A DNA stretch of 64,000 nt from Bdellovibrionales bacterium. Lineage in GTDB: Bacteria; Bdellovibrionota; Bdellovibrionia; Bdellovibrionales; UBA1609. Below are positions 46,586 through 57,399 of the stretch, piece after piece. Position 1 is the first letter of the stretch. Every line of letters starts with the position of its first letter. Location of the stretch: NCBI GenBank assembly GCA_020628165.1, contig JAHDFM010000013.1, forward strand, positions 15,420-79,419, read 5' to 3'. Position numbers and translations under genes: made by a program. Under the pieces are notes generated by a model that saw only the letters and a list, made by a program, of their open reading frames with translations, searched no databases and was not told the DNA's origin.

Positions 46586-47734
46586 ATGAAAAAACCAATT
46601 TACCTAGACAACAATGCCACCACCAAAACAGACCCACGAGTTTTCGAAAAAATGAAGCCTTACTTTGAAGAGGAGTTTGGCAACCCATCAAGCCAATCAC
46701 ACTCTTATGGTTGGGAAGCTGAGCTTGCAGTTAAAACTGCTCGCAGAGAGGTGGCAAAACTTCTTAACGCCAATCCAAAAAATATCTTTTGGACCAGCGG
46801 AGCAACAGAAAGTAACAACATAGCTATCTTAGGTTTGATTAAAAACTTACTTTACAAACAAAAACAAAAAACTCATATCATCACTTCGTCCATTGAACAC
46901 AAAGCAGTTCTCGATGTTATTAAATACTGTGAGAACCTCGGCGCTGAAATAAGCATTGCTGAGGTCAACGAGTATGGACAAGTTGAATTAGAAACACTTA
47001 AAAAACTTCAAAAAGAAAACACCGGCTTTATCAGTGTCATGACGGCCAATAACGAGATCGGCACTTGCAATGATGTTGAGGCCATCGGCCAGTGGTGCCA
47101 AGACAATGGCATCATTTTTCACACAGACGCCGCTCAAGCTACGGGAAAAATTCGTCTTAATGTGGAAACAATGGGAATAGATTTACTTTCCTTATCAGGA
47201 CATAAAATGTACGGACCTAAAGGTGTTGGTGCTCTTTACGTGAATCAAGACAATCCTAAAGTTCGTTTGTCGCCACTAATGTTTGGTGGCGGACAAGAAG
47301 GGGGTATTCGCCCAGGCACACTCAATGTTCCTGGCATTGTTGGGCTTGGTGAAGCTTGTCGCATTGCTGCTCTTCACTTTGATGAAGAAAATGAAAAAAA
47401 CAGAATGTTGCGCGATCACCTTATCAGTGAAGTTTTAAATAACATTCCACAAGCCAAACTCAATGGTCACCCTATCGATCGTTTGTCTAATAATATTAAC
47501 TTTTCATTTAAAGATTTACCGGCTGATCTATTTGCTCTCGGCCTTAACGGCATTGCGGTCAGTTCAGGTTCTGCTTGCAGTTCAAAAAGTGCAGGCTCTA
47601 GTTATGTTTTGAAAGCCATTGGCCTTGAAGATAAACTTGCCAAGTCGTCATTAAGAATTGGACTAGGTCGCTTCACTCAAAAAGAAGACATCGATTTTGC
47701 CTACCAGAAAATCAAAGGTCTTTTTAACTCTTAG
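46586..47734 (+). CDS. Cysteine desulfurase (NifS/IscS-like, class V aminotransferase)
   Basis: SGHKMYGPKGVGALYV (PLP Lys) and SSGSACSS (catalytic Cys). Confidence 0.9.
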   Translation: MKKPIYLDNNATTKTDPRVFEKMKPYFEEEFGNPSSQSHSYGWEAELAVKTARREVAKLLNANPKNIFWTSGATESNNIAILGLIKNLLYKQKQKTHIITSSIEHKAVLDVIKYCENLGAEISIAEVNEYGQVELETLKKLQKENTGFISVMTANNEIGTCNDVEAIGQWCQDNGIIFHTDAAQATGKIRLNVETMGIDLLSLSGHKMYGPKGVGALYVNQDNPKVRLSPLMFGGGQEGGIRPGTLNVPGIVGLGEACRIAALHFDEENEKNRMLRDHLISEVLNNIPQAKLNGHPIDRLSNNINFSFKDLPADLFALGLNGIAVSSGSACSSKSAGSSYVLKAIGLEDKLAKSSLRIGLGRFTQKEDIDFAYQKIKGLFNS

Positions 47735-47939
47735 TCGCTCTTAAGGGATTCTTTTTAATAGAACTTTTCTGCCAGCCTATTGAGCTATTAAGTGGACTTC
47801 TCTTTTTTTAGACACTAGTCTACGGGAACCTTTTTCCAATAAGCTACTAACCCCTTAAATAAATTAAGTTTTTTTGGTGGTGACATCTCGCTAGTTTTTA
47901 ATATACTTACGTGCTATTATATAAACAGGAGAATGCCTT

Positions 47940-48266
47940 ATGATCACTGTTTCTGAAACTGCCGTAACTAAAATTAGCCAATTGATGCAAGAAGAAAAGC
48001 AGCCTGAAAATGCTTTCTTGAGAGTCAAAGTCAAACGTGGTGGCTGTTCTGGTTTTTCATACAAACTTGATTTTGATACTGAACTCAAAGATAAAGACAA
48101 AGAATTTGATCAGCATGGTGTTAAAGTGGTCATTGATGACAAAAGCATTCTTTATGTTTTAGGTATGACTTTAAATTATGAAGGCGGCCTTAATGGCGCT
48201 GGCTTTGTTTTTCAAAATCCCAACGCCTCTAAGACTTGTGGCTGCGGCTCATCCTTTGCAGTTTAA
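47940..48266 (+). CDS. Fe-S cluster insertion protein (IscA/ErpA/HesB family)
   Basis: RGGCSGFSY and C-terminal CGCGSSF. AGGAG SD. Confidence 0.9.
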   Translation: MITVSETAVTKISQLMQEEKQPENAFLRVKVKRGGCSGFSYKLDFDTELKDKDKEFDQHGVKVVIDDKSILYVLGMTLNYEGGLNGAGFVFQNPNASKTCGCGSSFAV

Positions 48267-48267
48267 T

Positions 48268-49263
48268 TTATCTTTGAAAGTAAAAAATACCGTCAGGCTT
48301 TTTTGATTTTACACTGATAACATCAACAATCTGTTCTTTTTTAACGTCATACACTGAGATAGTCTGACTCAACATATTTGCTGAATACACAAAGCGATCA
48401 CTGTTAGCTACGGCAATTCCAATAGGAAGTTTCTCTAAACTTGCTTCATTCAATTTTGTTAAAGTCTCCGAATTAAAAACTGTCAAAGATTTACTTTTTG
48501 TGTTGTTCACATAGAGCCTGTCACCATCTTTACTTACTAACACTCGAATGGGTGATGTTTTTTCTTCTAGTTGAGCTTCCATAACAATTTTATTGGTTTT
48601 GGTAGAAACTTTGATCAATTTATGTTGTTCAACAATTGTTAGATACAAGAACTCCCCTTGTGGCCCTAGATCGATTCCCTCTACAGTGCGCCCGACTCGT
48701 ATTTGCTCAATTACTTTTTTGGCAGTGAGATCAATGACTGAAACTGTGCCAATCCAGAAGTTTGTCACATAAGCTTTAGAGTCACTGGCATTGACGACAA
48801 CCATATGACTACCTGCTTGTTGGGTGTATATAGAATCTTTCACTACAAAATTTTGAGTGTCTATAACCAGAATCTCTTCGCGCGCTTCACAGGTGACGTA
48901 AAGCAATGGTCGAAATAAAGAGTGAAACACCCCATGAGGTGCGCATTTTTTAGGTCCCAATGAAATTTCGTGAGTCTTCTTGAAAGTTTCTAAAGAGACA
49001 ACTGTCAATGAGTTCCCAGGTAAATCACTTGTGTCCGTGCTGCGGACATGTTGTTTTCCGTAGTTGCTTATGAAGGCATGGGTTTTATTGACTGTGACCT
49101 CGTGAGGCAAGTAACCAACATCGACAATGACTTCTTTTTTGGTGTTTAAGTTTAAAAAACTGACCGTGTGATCTGTTTTGTTGGCAATGGCCAAATAGCT
49201 CTCTGTTTTCTTGGCAAAGGTAGCTGTTGATAATAAACAAAAAATAAATGTTATTAATTTCAT
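48268..49263 (-). CDS. Secreted beta-propeller repeat protein (YVTN/YncE-like)
   Basis: Signal peptide. Repeated ~40-aa units ...YVTN/YLT..., V[SI]V[ID]L... Confidence 0.65.
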   Translation of the reverse strand: MKLITFIFCLLSTATFAKKTESYLAIANKTDHTVSFLNLNTKKEVIVDVGYLPHEVTVNKTHAFISNYGKQHVRSTDTSDLPGNSLTVVSLETFKKTHEISLGPKKCAPHGVFHSLFRPLLYVTCEAREEILVIDTQNFVVKDSIYTQQAGSHMVVVNASDSKAYVTNFWIGTVSVIDLTAKKVIEQIRVGRTVEGIDLGPQGEFLYLTIVEQHKLIKVSTKTNKIVMEAQLEEKTSPIRVLVSKDGDRLYVNNTKSKSLTVFNSETLTKLNEASLEKLPIGIAVANSDRFVYSANMLSQTISVYDVKKEQIVDVISVKSKKPDGIFYFQR

Positions 49264-49464
49264 ATTTGTCTCTCCGGTCTATGAACTATGTCACTTATCA
49301 CTGATTTAAAAATAAAGAACAAATAGATAGATGGAACATTTAATATACCTATTATGAATGTAATAATTAGGTGAACATTATATTTACTCTAAATATTTGA
49401 TGATTTAGCTGAGCTTAATTTATAAATGATAATTTTAAGACGATTTAAAAAATACACATGACTT

Positions 49465-50718
49465 CTAAATTTCTGTGTTGATAGAAGCATTAAACTTGCA
49501 CATCATTAACAATAAAGACTGTAACGATCTATGAAACAAGCTAAAGTCACTGGAGAAGTGCGCTAAATCAGGATTGAAACTCTGTTTTAATATCACAGAA
49601 TTCAATTTTTTTATGAGCTCAAACTGATTTGAAAAGTCAAAGCAAGGCTGACCAAAGATTTGATCTGAAACCTCTTTATATGGTGCTATGACTTTTTTTA
49701 TAAACTCATCTTTATTTTTAAAAGAAGCCCCTAGCTTTTTATAACAATCAACAATGTTACTAAAATCAACTTCACTGGTATCAAGCAACTTGCGCATCAA
49801 TTCAACCTGAAGCTCAGACACATCTGTTTTACAAAGGCCGAAATCAACCACGACTAATTTGTTTTGCTTGGTTAAAATAAAGTTTCCAGGATGAATATCT
49901 CCGTACAACAGTTTATCTTGAAAGAGAGACTTAAAGTAAAAATTGAATATATCTTGAAAGACGGAAGATTCAAGCTGTGTTGCTTGTTGTTTGTGGTAAA
50001 AAAGATCTCGTCCTTCGACTGCCTGTGAAACAATAATACTGTTGGTTGAGATGTTTGCGTAGACTTTAGGGACTTTATAATCCTTAGTTTGATTTTTAAA
50101 GAATAACTCTTGCGTTTTGATTTCTCGACCATAGTTGATCTCTTGCAATTGTTGTTCAGCCACATCTAAAATAGTTTTTTTTACGAGTTCATTTTTTACA
50201 AGCCCGGCTAACTTTTTTAAAAGATGCATTTCTAACTGGATATCATCTTGAATATTTGGGTATTGAATTTTAAGTACAACCGATCTGCCGTCAACAAGTT
50301 GAGCTCGGTGCACTTGCCCTATACTTGCCGCTGCAATGGGCTTGTAGTCAATATGACTAAATAATTCTTTTTCTTTGGATCCAAACTCTTTTTTTATGAG
50401 TTTCTTGACTACAAATGAGCTCATTGAACTATTTTGTGAGTAAGATTTTTCAATTTTTTTTAAAAGTTCTGGAGAAATGATATCTTCATGAAGTGCTAGC
50501 GTTTGTAGTATTTTAAGCCCAGACCCTTTAAGCTTACCAACAGATTTGATCAACACGTCTCCAAGGTTTTCTTGCTTTTTCTGTTTCATTTTTTGCTTTT
50601 CATCTTTGGACTTAAACCAAACCTGACTCCAGTAATTCAACTCTTCAAAAGCTGTTTTGACTATTATTTCACTCAATACACTTTTACGACTTGGCTTACT
50701 TTGCAACTGGAGCTCCAA
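49465..50718 (-). CDS. ABC1/UbiB-family atypical kinase
   Basis: PIAAASIGQVHRAQL, VLKIQYPNI, HPGNF and VVDFG. TTG start overlapping the TetR stop by 23 nt. Confidence 0.8.
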   Translation of the reverse strand: MELQLQSKPSRKSVLSEIIVKTAFEELNYWSQVWFKSKDEKQKMKQKKQENLGDVLIKSVGKLKGSGLKILQTLALHEDIISPELLKKIEKSYSQNSSMSSFVVKKLIKKEFGSKEKELFSHIDYKPIAAASIGQVHRAQLVDGRSVVLKIQYPNIQDDIQLEMHLLKKLAGLVKNELVKKTILDVAEQQLQEINYGREIKTQELFFKNQTKDYKVPKVYANISTNSIIVSQAVEGRDLFYHKQQATQLESSVFQDIFNFYFKSLFQDKLLYGDIHPGNFILTKQNKLVVVDFGLCKTDVSELQVELMRKLLDTSEVDFSNIVDCYKKLGASFKNKDEFIKKVIAPYKEVSDQIFGQPCFDFSNQFELIKKLNSVILKQSFNPDLAHFSSDFSLFHRSLQSLLLMMCKFNASINTEI

Positions 50719-51394
50719 AACTCAATAACTTTGATAACAAATGCTCTCTAAATAAAAAGTGACTGATCTTATAGACTTTACTAAAAACCTCCCCCTTTAA
50801 AAGCTCTAACAACAGCTCTAAACTGAGTTCTAAAAGATGAGTCGTGTTTAAGCTTTGCTCCGAATCGTCTTTTAACCAGTAATGAAGTAACCCTAAATAC
50901 ATGTCCCAAACCAATTCACTCAAAAAACTCATGAAAGGTGGCTCACTGAACTCACCTCTAACAACGGCAGCTTCAAGCTCTTGAGTGACAAATTCAACAA
51001 ATATTTTTTTTGCCTCTCCGAGACCAGTTTTTGCGATAGAGATGGGCTGCTCAACGAGCTGATTCACTGTTTGCTCTAACACACCTTTTTCATCATTCAC
51101 TCGTTCTAGATAGGTTTCTAAGAGCCATTGAATTCGCTCAGAAAATGTTAAATCATTAAAGTCTTCTGAGTTTTTGGTATCATTGATGGCTAATTGTATA
51201 CGGTTGTAAAAGTAGCCGATGACAAGTTCTTCTTTTGACGGAAAATAATTATAAATAGCGGCATCACTGAGACTGGCTTCTTTGGCGATTGCCTTCATAC
51301 TGACTTCTTTAAATTTTTTCCCAGCACTTAACTTAACAAATGAATCTATTATTGATTGATTATTTTTAGCTTTCTGAGCTTTAGAAATTTTCAT
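50696..51394 (-). CDS. TetR/AcrR-family transcriptional regulator
   Basis: N-terminal HTH FKEVSMKAIAKEASLSDAAIYNYFPSKEELV. Confidence 0.85.
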   Translation of the reverse strand: MKISKAQKAKNNQSIIDSFVKLSAGKKFKEVSMKAIAKEASLSDAAIYNYFPSKEELVIGYFYNRIQLAINDTKNSEDFNDLTFSERIQWLLETYLERVNDEKGVLEQTVNQLVEQPISIAKTGLGEAKKIFVEFVTQELEAAVVRGEFSEPPFMSFLSELVWDMYLGLLHYWLKDDSEQSLNTTHLLELSLELLLELLKGEVFSKVYKISHFLFREHLLSKLLSFGAPVAK

Positions 51395-51397
51395 CCA

Positions 51398-52234
51398 TCA
51401 CCTTAAATTATAACTTTTTGACCTACTTTTGCTAGAAACATGAATAGTCCCACCAAAACCGCTGGTCAATTTACGACTTCTTGAAGCTTCGCACTCTATA
51501 CTGATCTTATTTGAATCTAACTCTTCAAAAAAGTCACTAGGAATAACGACTTCGCCAGCATCACCCAGGAAGCTTTTGCTTTTGTGCACTGTTTGTGTTT
51601 TTAATTCTTTTGTTTCATTGCCATCACTGTCGACAACCGTCACTTGTTTCTCTTCAATGATTTTACCTTGCACGCTACAGGAAACCCGACTGTATGTCGA
51701 AGAGTCACTGTATTCGATAGTTAAATTTTCACCTTTAAATGCTTGCTGTGGCATAAAAAATTCAGATCTTTGTATACTGACAAAGTCATTATGTCTTTCC
51801 CCTTCAGGGTCAACAAACGCAACATCATAAGTATCTTTATAATCTAAAGCTTTTGAGTAATTAGAATAACTATTGTCACCAAGAAACATCCAAAATGGAG
51901 GGAATAACAACCCTGCATAAAGTGAAACAAGTTCTCCGCCATCCTTTTCGTCTTTCACTCCTCGATCCTCTATCTTTTTGCCATCCACAGATAATTGGCT
52001 CACTCCAACCAATCGTATAGATTTACTACTAAACATTCTGCCAGCTTCTCTAAAGTTGGCGCTAAACATGACAGAGTCACTGGCTTCAGAGTAAGTGAAG
52101 TTATAATTGCGTGAAATCAATACCTTGCCTGTCTCAGAGTCTCTTTCAGCAGAGTCTGAGTCTACACTGCCACAAGCTACTAAATTTACTAATAAAATTA
52201 AAATCCCTACAGTTTTCAGGCTTTTTAAGCTCAT
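51398..52234 (-). CDS. Lipoprotein, unknown function
   Basis: Lipobox LVACGS. The stop lies 3 nt from the TetR start. Confidence 0.65.
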   Translation of the reverse strand: MSLKSLKTVGILILLVNLVACGSVDSDSAERDSETGKVLISRNYNFTYSEASDSVMFSANFREAGRMFSSKSIRLVGVSQLSVDGKKIEDRGVKDEKDGGELVSLYAGLLFPPFWMFLGDNSYSNYSKALDYKDTYDVAFVDPEGERHNDFVSIQRSEFFMPQQAFKGENLTIEYSDSSTYSRVSCSVQGKIIEEKQVTVVDSDGNETKELKTQTVHKSKSFLGDAGEVVIPSDFFEELDSNKISIECEASRSRKLTSGFGGTIHVSSKSRSKSYNLR

Positions 52235-52529
52235 ATTTCACATCCTTTTATGTATATTTAATATATAAAATATAGCATAAATACTTATTTAATAAATAGT
52301 AAATATATATTATTGAAATATTTTCTCAAAGCAGGACATATAAAACCCTTCTCAAGAAACTCAAGTGATCATCATTTAATTGAGTTCAAAAATGCCGGGA
52401 GCAACGAATGAGAAAAAATTATCCAATCTGTTTTGGCCTCGTGCTGAATTTAAATACGTATATAGTTTGTGAAAAAAAAGTAGATGAAGCGATCGAAGAC
52501 ACTTTTAGCTCATTTAGTGAACTGTCATT

Positions 52530-52970
52530 TTATGGACAAGGAAATTCGCTGCTTGTAGTTTCTTTACAGACGAGTGTTGTAGTGATTGATCGCCTATCGA
52601 CAGAGGCGCCGATGGTTCTTTCATCAAATAGTGAGTTGTCTGCTTTTTTAAAAGTGATCTTTTGAACGTAATGGTTTTTTGACCAACCCCAGCCCCATTC
52701 AGAGTCAGACTCTTCACACGAGCTATAGGACTCAACTTCAATAGTTGTAGTGCTTAAAACTGTTCTAACAAGATCTATGGGGTCAAACTCAACTTTAACT
52801 TTCCTAACTTCGTTACCAACAACTTTTGCTAATGAAAAGTACAGATAATTTTCGTAGTGCCCTTCAGCTGTAGAAATAGTTGCCTCTGAATTTCCGCAAT
52901 AGATTTGATAACTGGATGCAAAAATAGAAATGCTAAATGTAAGACTGAATAATAAAATGAATAACTTCAT
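52530..52970 (-). CDS. Small secreted four-cysteine protein (146 aa), paralog of 256..696
   Basis: Signal peptide MKLFILLFSLTFSISIFA. ASSYQIYCGNSEATISTAEGH, ...SYSSC..., ...TTLVCKETTSSEFPCP. Confidence 0.7.
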   Translation of the reverse strand: MKLFILLFSLTFSISIFASSYQIYCGNSEATISTAEGHYENYLYFSLAKVVGNEVRKVKVEFDPIDLVRTVLSTTTIEVESYSSCEESDSEWGWGWSKNHYVQKITFKKADNSLFDERTIGASVDRRSITTTLVCKETTSSEFPCP

Positions 52971-53033
52971 GTTCTCTCCTTGAACATTTTACCAAGGCTT
53001 TAAACCTTAGAATTAGTAATACGGCATCAAGGT

Positions 53034-53666
53034 TTAGGACTTCGTGCCGCTAGAATTATTTTTCTTATGCCTCTTACGATTTCTGTTGCGTGGTCGTTGC
53101 TTGGATTTATTTTTATTACCTTCAGCGCGTTGCTGATTATCTCCTTTTTGTGATGAAGAGTTTCTTGAACGCGATCTCTTTTTCTGAGGCTTCTTCTTTT
53201 CTGTCAGCAAGCCTTCACTGTCATCCACAGAGATTTCACTTTCGGCAAAGTCAGTTTCTTTATCCTGTAGTAACTCAGCATCGGCATCTATCAGGTTGCC
53301 AGTCACAGCCAAAGACTCCTCGCTGAGGTCTTTTTTAATAAACCCTTGTGGACGCTTTAAACTGTTTAACTTTTCTTTTTCAACTTGTTCTGAAAGATCA
53401 ATCACTACATTGCCAAAACATTTTAACTGACATGATAAACGCCTACGATCAACAAAGTAGCCCGTTCCAATAAGATCGAGCTCTTCTGAAGTTGGTGGCA
53501 ATACGTTGTGCTCCCCCTCTTCAATGTGCACTCGGCACTCGGCACAAGAAGGAAGACCGTTGCACACCGACTTCACTGGCAAATTGTTTTCATGAGCAAT
53601 GCGCATGACAGATTTATTAGGGTCGATATCAACTTCAACATTTTGCGGAATGAACTTTATCTTCAT
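53034..53666 (-). CDS. 2Fe-2S ferredoxin-domain protein with ~75-aa acidic-then-polybasic C-terminal tail
   Basis: C-x5-C-x2-C (CNGLPSCAEC) plus a distal SCQLKC. Tail ...KKKPQKKRSRSRNSSSQKGDNQQRAEGNKNKSKQRPRNRNRKRHKKNNSSGTKS. Confidence 0.75.
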   Translation of the reverse strand: MKIKFIPQNVEVDIDPNKSVMRIAHENNLPVKSVCNGLPSCAECRVHIEEGEHNVLPPTSEELDLIGTGYFVDRRRLSCQLKCFGNVVIDLSEQVEKEKLNSLKRPQGFIKKDLSEESLAVTGNLIDADAELLQDKETDFAESEISVDDSEGLLTEKKKPQKKRSRSRNSSSQKGDNQQRAEGNKNKSKQRPRNRNRKRHKKNNSSGTKS

Positions 53667-53669
53667 GAT

Positions 53670-54890
53670 TTATATCACCTTCACTTGTGCAAATTTTTTC
53701 TTGCCCACTTTCACTATGAACGAGTCACCAGCTTTTAAATTTAATTTATACTGATGGTCTGAGATCTTCTCATCGGCTACAGTGACAGCCCCACCTTGAA
53801 TCAAACGCCTCGCCTCACCATTTGATTGAGTCATTTTTAAACTTGTTAAAAATGGACAAATGGCAATCTCTTCAGGGCTGCGCTCAAACAAAGGCATATC
53901 ATCAGGCACCCCTTTGTTCACAAAGATTCGATTGAACTCGGCATAGGCATTGTCAGCAGCCTCTTCACTGTGAAAGCGGCCTACTAAAAACTTACCTAAG
54001 CTCACTTTAACATCGCGTGGATGTTTCTTCCCTTGCTCAACATCAGCCTGCATTTGTTCAATTTCAGCTGTTGGAATGTCTGTTAGCAAATTATAATACT
54101 TAAACATTAACTCATCCGACACACGCATGGTTTTACCAAACATGTCCTTTGGTGAGTCCTCTAAACCAATGTAATTATCATAACTCTTAGACATTTTCTG
54201 AACGCCATCAAGCCCCTCTAAAAGAGGCACTGTCATCACCACTTGCTGAGACATGGAATGAGCTTTTTGCAAGTCTCTACCCATTAAAATATTAAACAAC
54301 TGATCGGTTCCACCCAGTTCTACGTCTGACTTTAAAGCGACAGAATCATAACCCTGTATCAAAGGATAAAGGAACTCATGCAAACCAATCGCCTTATGCT
54401 CTCGGTATCTTTTTTCAAAATCATCGCGTTCAAGCATACGAGCAACGGTATACTTACTTGTTAGCCTGATAAAGTCATCCGGTTTGAATTGATCAAACCA
54501 GCGTGTGTTGTACTCAACAACTGTTTTTTCTCGGTCGAGGATTTTAAATACCTGTTCAGCATAGGTCTTAGCGTTCTCCGTAACCTCTTCCTTAGAAAGA
54601 GCCGGCCTTGTTTCATTGGTGCCAGTTGGGTCACCGATCATGGCAGTGAAATCACCAATCAAAAAAACAACCCGATGACCTAAATTTTGAAACTGTCGCA
54701 TTTTATTAATCAACACCGTATGACCCAAGTGTAAGTCAGGACGAGTGGGATCGAAGCCAGCCTTTATAGTTAAAGGCGTATTTGTTTCTTTGCTTTTTTT
54801 TAATTTTGCTAAAAGATCTTTCTCTGAAATGAAATCAACGATTCCTCGCTTTAGCTCTTTTAACTGATCATTTTCGTCAATAAAACTCAT
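53670..54890 (-). CDS. tyrS: Tyrosine--tRNA ligase
   Basis: HLGH and KMSKS motifs, C-terminal S4-like domain. ATG 54890 chosen (7 nt after the rny stop). Confidence 0.95.
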   Translation of the reverse strand: MSFIDENDQLKELKRGIVDFISEKDLLAKLKKSKETNTPLTIKAGFDPTRPDLHLGHTVLINKMRQFQNLGHRVVFLIGDFTAMIGDPTGTNETRPALSKEEVTENAKTYAEQVFKILDREKTVVEYNTRWFDQFKPDDFIRLTSKYTVARMLERDDFEKRYREHKAIGLHEFLYPLIQGYDSVALKSDVELGGTDQLFNILMGRDLQKAHSMSQQVVMTVPLLEGLDGVQKMSKSYDNYIGLEDSPKDMFGKTMRVSDELMFKYYNLLTDIPTAEIEQMQADVEQGKKHPRDVKVSLGKFLVGRFHSEEAADNAYAEFNRIFVNKGVPDDMPLFERSPEEIAICPFLTSLKMTQSNGEARRLIQGGAVTVADEKISDHQYKLNLKAGDSFIVKVGKKKFAQVKVI

Positions 54891-54897
54891 TGAAACG

Positions 54898-56487
54898 TTA
54901 CCTTGCGTGCTCAACCATTCGCGTTTCGCGAATGACATTCACTTTAATTTGTCCTGGGTAGTTCAGCTCACGTTCAATCTTGCGAGCAATGTCTTTCGTT
55001 AACATTTGCGCTTGCCCATCTGTGATTCGACCGCTGTCGACAACTACACGGATCTCTTTACCGGCCTGAACAGCATAAGTTTTAACAACACCGTCAAAGC
55101 TATTGCCAATAGACTCTAAGTCCGCCAAGCGTTTTATGTAAGTTTCCATCATATTTCTGCGTGCGCCTGGTCTTGCTTCAGCTAAACGCACAGCCGCCTG
55201 AATGATATGATCCAATAAACTTTTGGCTTGAGCGCTTTTACCGTTATGCACTCTCACCGCTTGCACGATTTGAGATCTTTCTCCGTATCTTTTAATAAAG
55301 TTAGCACCCACGGTTGCGTAATCACCTTCAACAGAGTGCTCAATAGTACGACCTACGGCATGTAAAAGGCCTGCACGCTTAGCTTGCTTGGTGTCAAAAC
55401 CAATTTCCGCTGAGATCATCCCTGCTATCTCTGCCACCTCCATGCAGTTTTTATAAAGATTGTGCATGCCTGTGTGACGGTACTTCATGCCGCCAATTTG
55501 CTCCATGATTTTAGGGTGCACATTGTGCACACCAAGATCAAAACAAGCCTTCTCGCCATCTTCTTTGATAGATTTAAATAACTCTTTTTTTACTTGTGCA
55601 ACGGCCTCTTCAATTCTTGCCGGGTGCACTCGCCCATCAGCCATCAATTTTTCAAGAGCACGCCTTGCGATCTCACGGCGAACGGGATCAAAACTCGAAA
55701 TCACCACCGCTTCAGGAGTTTCATCAATGATTAAATCCACTCCACAAGCTGCTTCAATAGCTCTTATGTTTCTACCTTCACGACCAATGATCTTCCCTTT
55801 CATTTCATCACTCGGAAGAGCCACTACTTTCACTGTGCGCTCTGTAGACACTTCACTGGCATAGCGGGCAACAGCTGTTGCAAGAACTTCTTTCGCTTTG
55901 AGATCAGCTTGTTTTCTGATGTCTTTTTCAATGTCGTTGAGTTGGTCATTGAGTTCTTCGCGCACTTCTTTTTCAAGCGTGTTTTTCAATTCTTTTTTAG
56001 CTTCATCCGAAGACATGCTTGCTACTTGCTCAAGCTTATTTTGAATGTCATCAATTTGTTTTTTACACTGCTTTTCTAAGTCTTTAATTTTTTGTTTGTT
56101 GTCTTCAATCTCAACGGCTTGTTGATCTAAGTCTTCAGACTTTTGCTGAAGCTCTTGCGCTCTGCGGTTGAAGTCTCGCTCTAGTTTTGATTCTTTGTCT
56201 TTTAATTTATTCTCTTGGTTTTTTAAACTCTGTTTTTGTTTTTGAATGTCTTTTTCAGCGTTTCTGCGAGCACGCGATTCAAAGTCTTTTGCTTTGGATT
56301 TTGAATCTCGTTCAATTTTTCCAGCTTGAGACTTTGCTTTATTAATAATTCTGTCAGCTTCTTTTTGAGCCGAATTTTTCTTTTTGCCATCTAACATTTG
56401 TCTGTACATGTAAAATGAAACCAATCCTACAACCAACCCAGCAAACAAACTACCAACTACAGCAACGAGTGAAATCGTTTCCATCAA
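54898..56487 (-). CDS. rny: Ribonuclease Y
   Basis: N-terminal TM, a Lys/Glu coiled coil, a KH domain ([15 protein letters not shown]) and an HD domain. Confidence 0.95.
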   Translation of the reverse strand: MMETISLVAVVGSLFAGLVVGLVSFYMYRQMLDGKKKNSAQKEADRIINKAKSQAGKIERDSKSKAKDFESRARRNAEKDIQKQKQSLKNQENKLKDKESKLERDFNRRAQELQQKSEDLDQQAVEIEDNKQKIKDLEKQCKKQIDDIQNKLEQVASMSSDEAKKELKNTLEKEVREELNDQLNDIEKDIRKQADLKAKEVLATAVARYASEVSTERTVKVVALPSDEMKGKIIGREGRNIRAIEAACGVDLIIDETPEAVVISSFDPVRREIARRALEKLMADGRVHPARIEEAVAQVKKELFKSIKEDGEKACFDLGVHNVHPKIMEQIGGMKYRHTGMHNLYKNCMEVAEIAGMISAEIGFDTKQAKRAGLLHAVGRTIEHSVEGDYATVGANFIKRYGERSQIVQAVRVHNGKSAQAKSLLDHIIQAAVRLAEARPGARRNMMETYIKRLADLESIGNSFDGVVKTYAVQAGKEIRVVVDSGRITDGQAQMLTKDIARKIERELNYPGQIKVNVIRETRMVEHAR

Positions 56488-56501
56488 TTCTCCTTCTTTC
56501 C

Positions 56502-57062
56502 TTAAACTACCTTTAAAATGAATTTATCTGTCACAACATAGTTCATGGGCACATCATGCTTCTCAGGCAGCCACTGCTCCCCTTGAATAACACAAGAATA
56601 CCCAACACCAATCTTTACACTGTCTACAAGTTTTAAATACCTATCAAAGTAACCTTTTCCTCGCCCCAAGCGAGAGCCCTGCTGCAAAAAGGCTAGACCA
56701 GGAATAACAAAGGCATCGTGCTGATCCTTTGGCACCAAGTTGCAGTCATCCGAGTTCACAGGCTCATCTATGGCAAAAGCCCCCTTACTAAATTTTTCAG
56801 AACGATAAAAATGCATATCAGTATCGCCACTGACTTTCGGGTAACTGAATGTCACCGGCATTGAAATATCAACAGCAGGCTCATCAGCCAAAGGCTTATA
56901 AATTCCAAGAGTTAATTTGTCTGAAGATGAAAAAAGTTGCGCCAAGAGAGCTTCAAGATTCTTTGAAATTTTGCGATCGAGCTCTTGCTTATGAGGTTCA
57001 ATTTGACGTAATTTTTGCTCGCAACTTTTTCGACAAGCTGCTTTGCTTTGCACAACATCCAC
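56502..57062 (-). CDS. 5-formyltetrahydrofolate cyclo-ligase
   Basis: VIPGLAFLQQGSRLGRGKGYFDRYL. Confidence 0.85.
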   Translation of the reverse strand: MDVVQSKAACRKSCEQKLRQIEPHKQELDRKISKNLEALLAQLFSSSDKLTLGIYKPLADEPAVDISMPVTFSYPKVSGDTDMHFYRSEKFSKGAFAIDEPVNSDDCNLVPKDQHDAFVIPGLAFLQQGSRLGRGKGYFDRYLKLVDSVKIGVGYSCVIQGEQWLPEKHDVPMNYVVTDKFILKVV

Positions 57063-57093
57063 GTTTTAACTATCTCCAAAAAATAAACTTTAA

Positions 57094-57399
57094 TCAGTCC
57101 TCAAGACCAATTTTGTTTAGAGGAGAAGACTCTAGCTCAGACAGAATTTTTTTTGATTTATCTTTTAATAGATTTAAATCTTCGTTCACAGAACTTTTCA
57201 AAGTGAGTAATTCTTCTGCAATGTGCAGTGAGGCTAGTAATAAGGCATTTTGGAAGGACACTTGCTGACCCTGAGCCAAAGCTTGTTCCACTTTGCTATC
57301 AACGAGACTCGCTAACTCATTCACAGTGGCGATGTCTAACGAGGATCTTAGCTTCAATGGAAGACCAGCAATGTTGACGTTATACAGTTTTTTTTCCAT
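57094..57399 (-). CDS. zapA: Cell division protein ZapA
   Basis: 101 aa. YNVNIAGLPLKLRS...FQNALLLASLHIAEELL. Classic position upstream of the 5-FTHF cyclo-ligase gene. Confidence 0.8.
   Translation of the reverse strand: MEKKLYNVNIAGLPLKLRSSLDIATVNELASLVDSKVEQALAQGQQVSFQNALLLASLHIAEELLTLKSSVNEDLNLLKDKSKKILSELESSPLNKIGLED

Noticed and set aside
52408-52741. Track ORFs 52408..52665 (+) and 52514..52741 (-)
   Set aside because: They overlap the 52530..52970 gene, which has a signal peptide and a paralog elsewhere in the window. The alternatives have neither.
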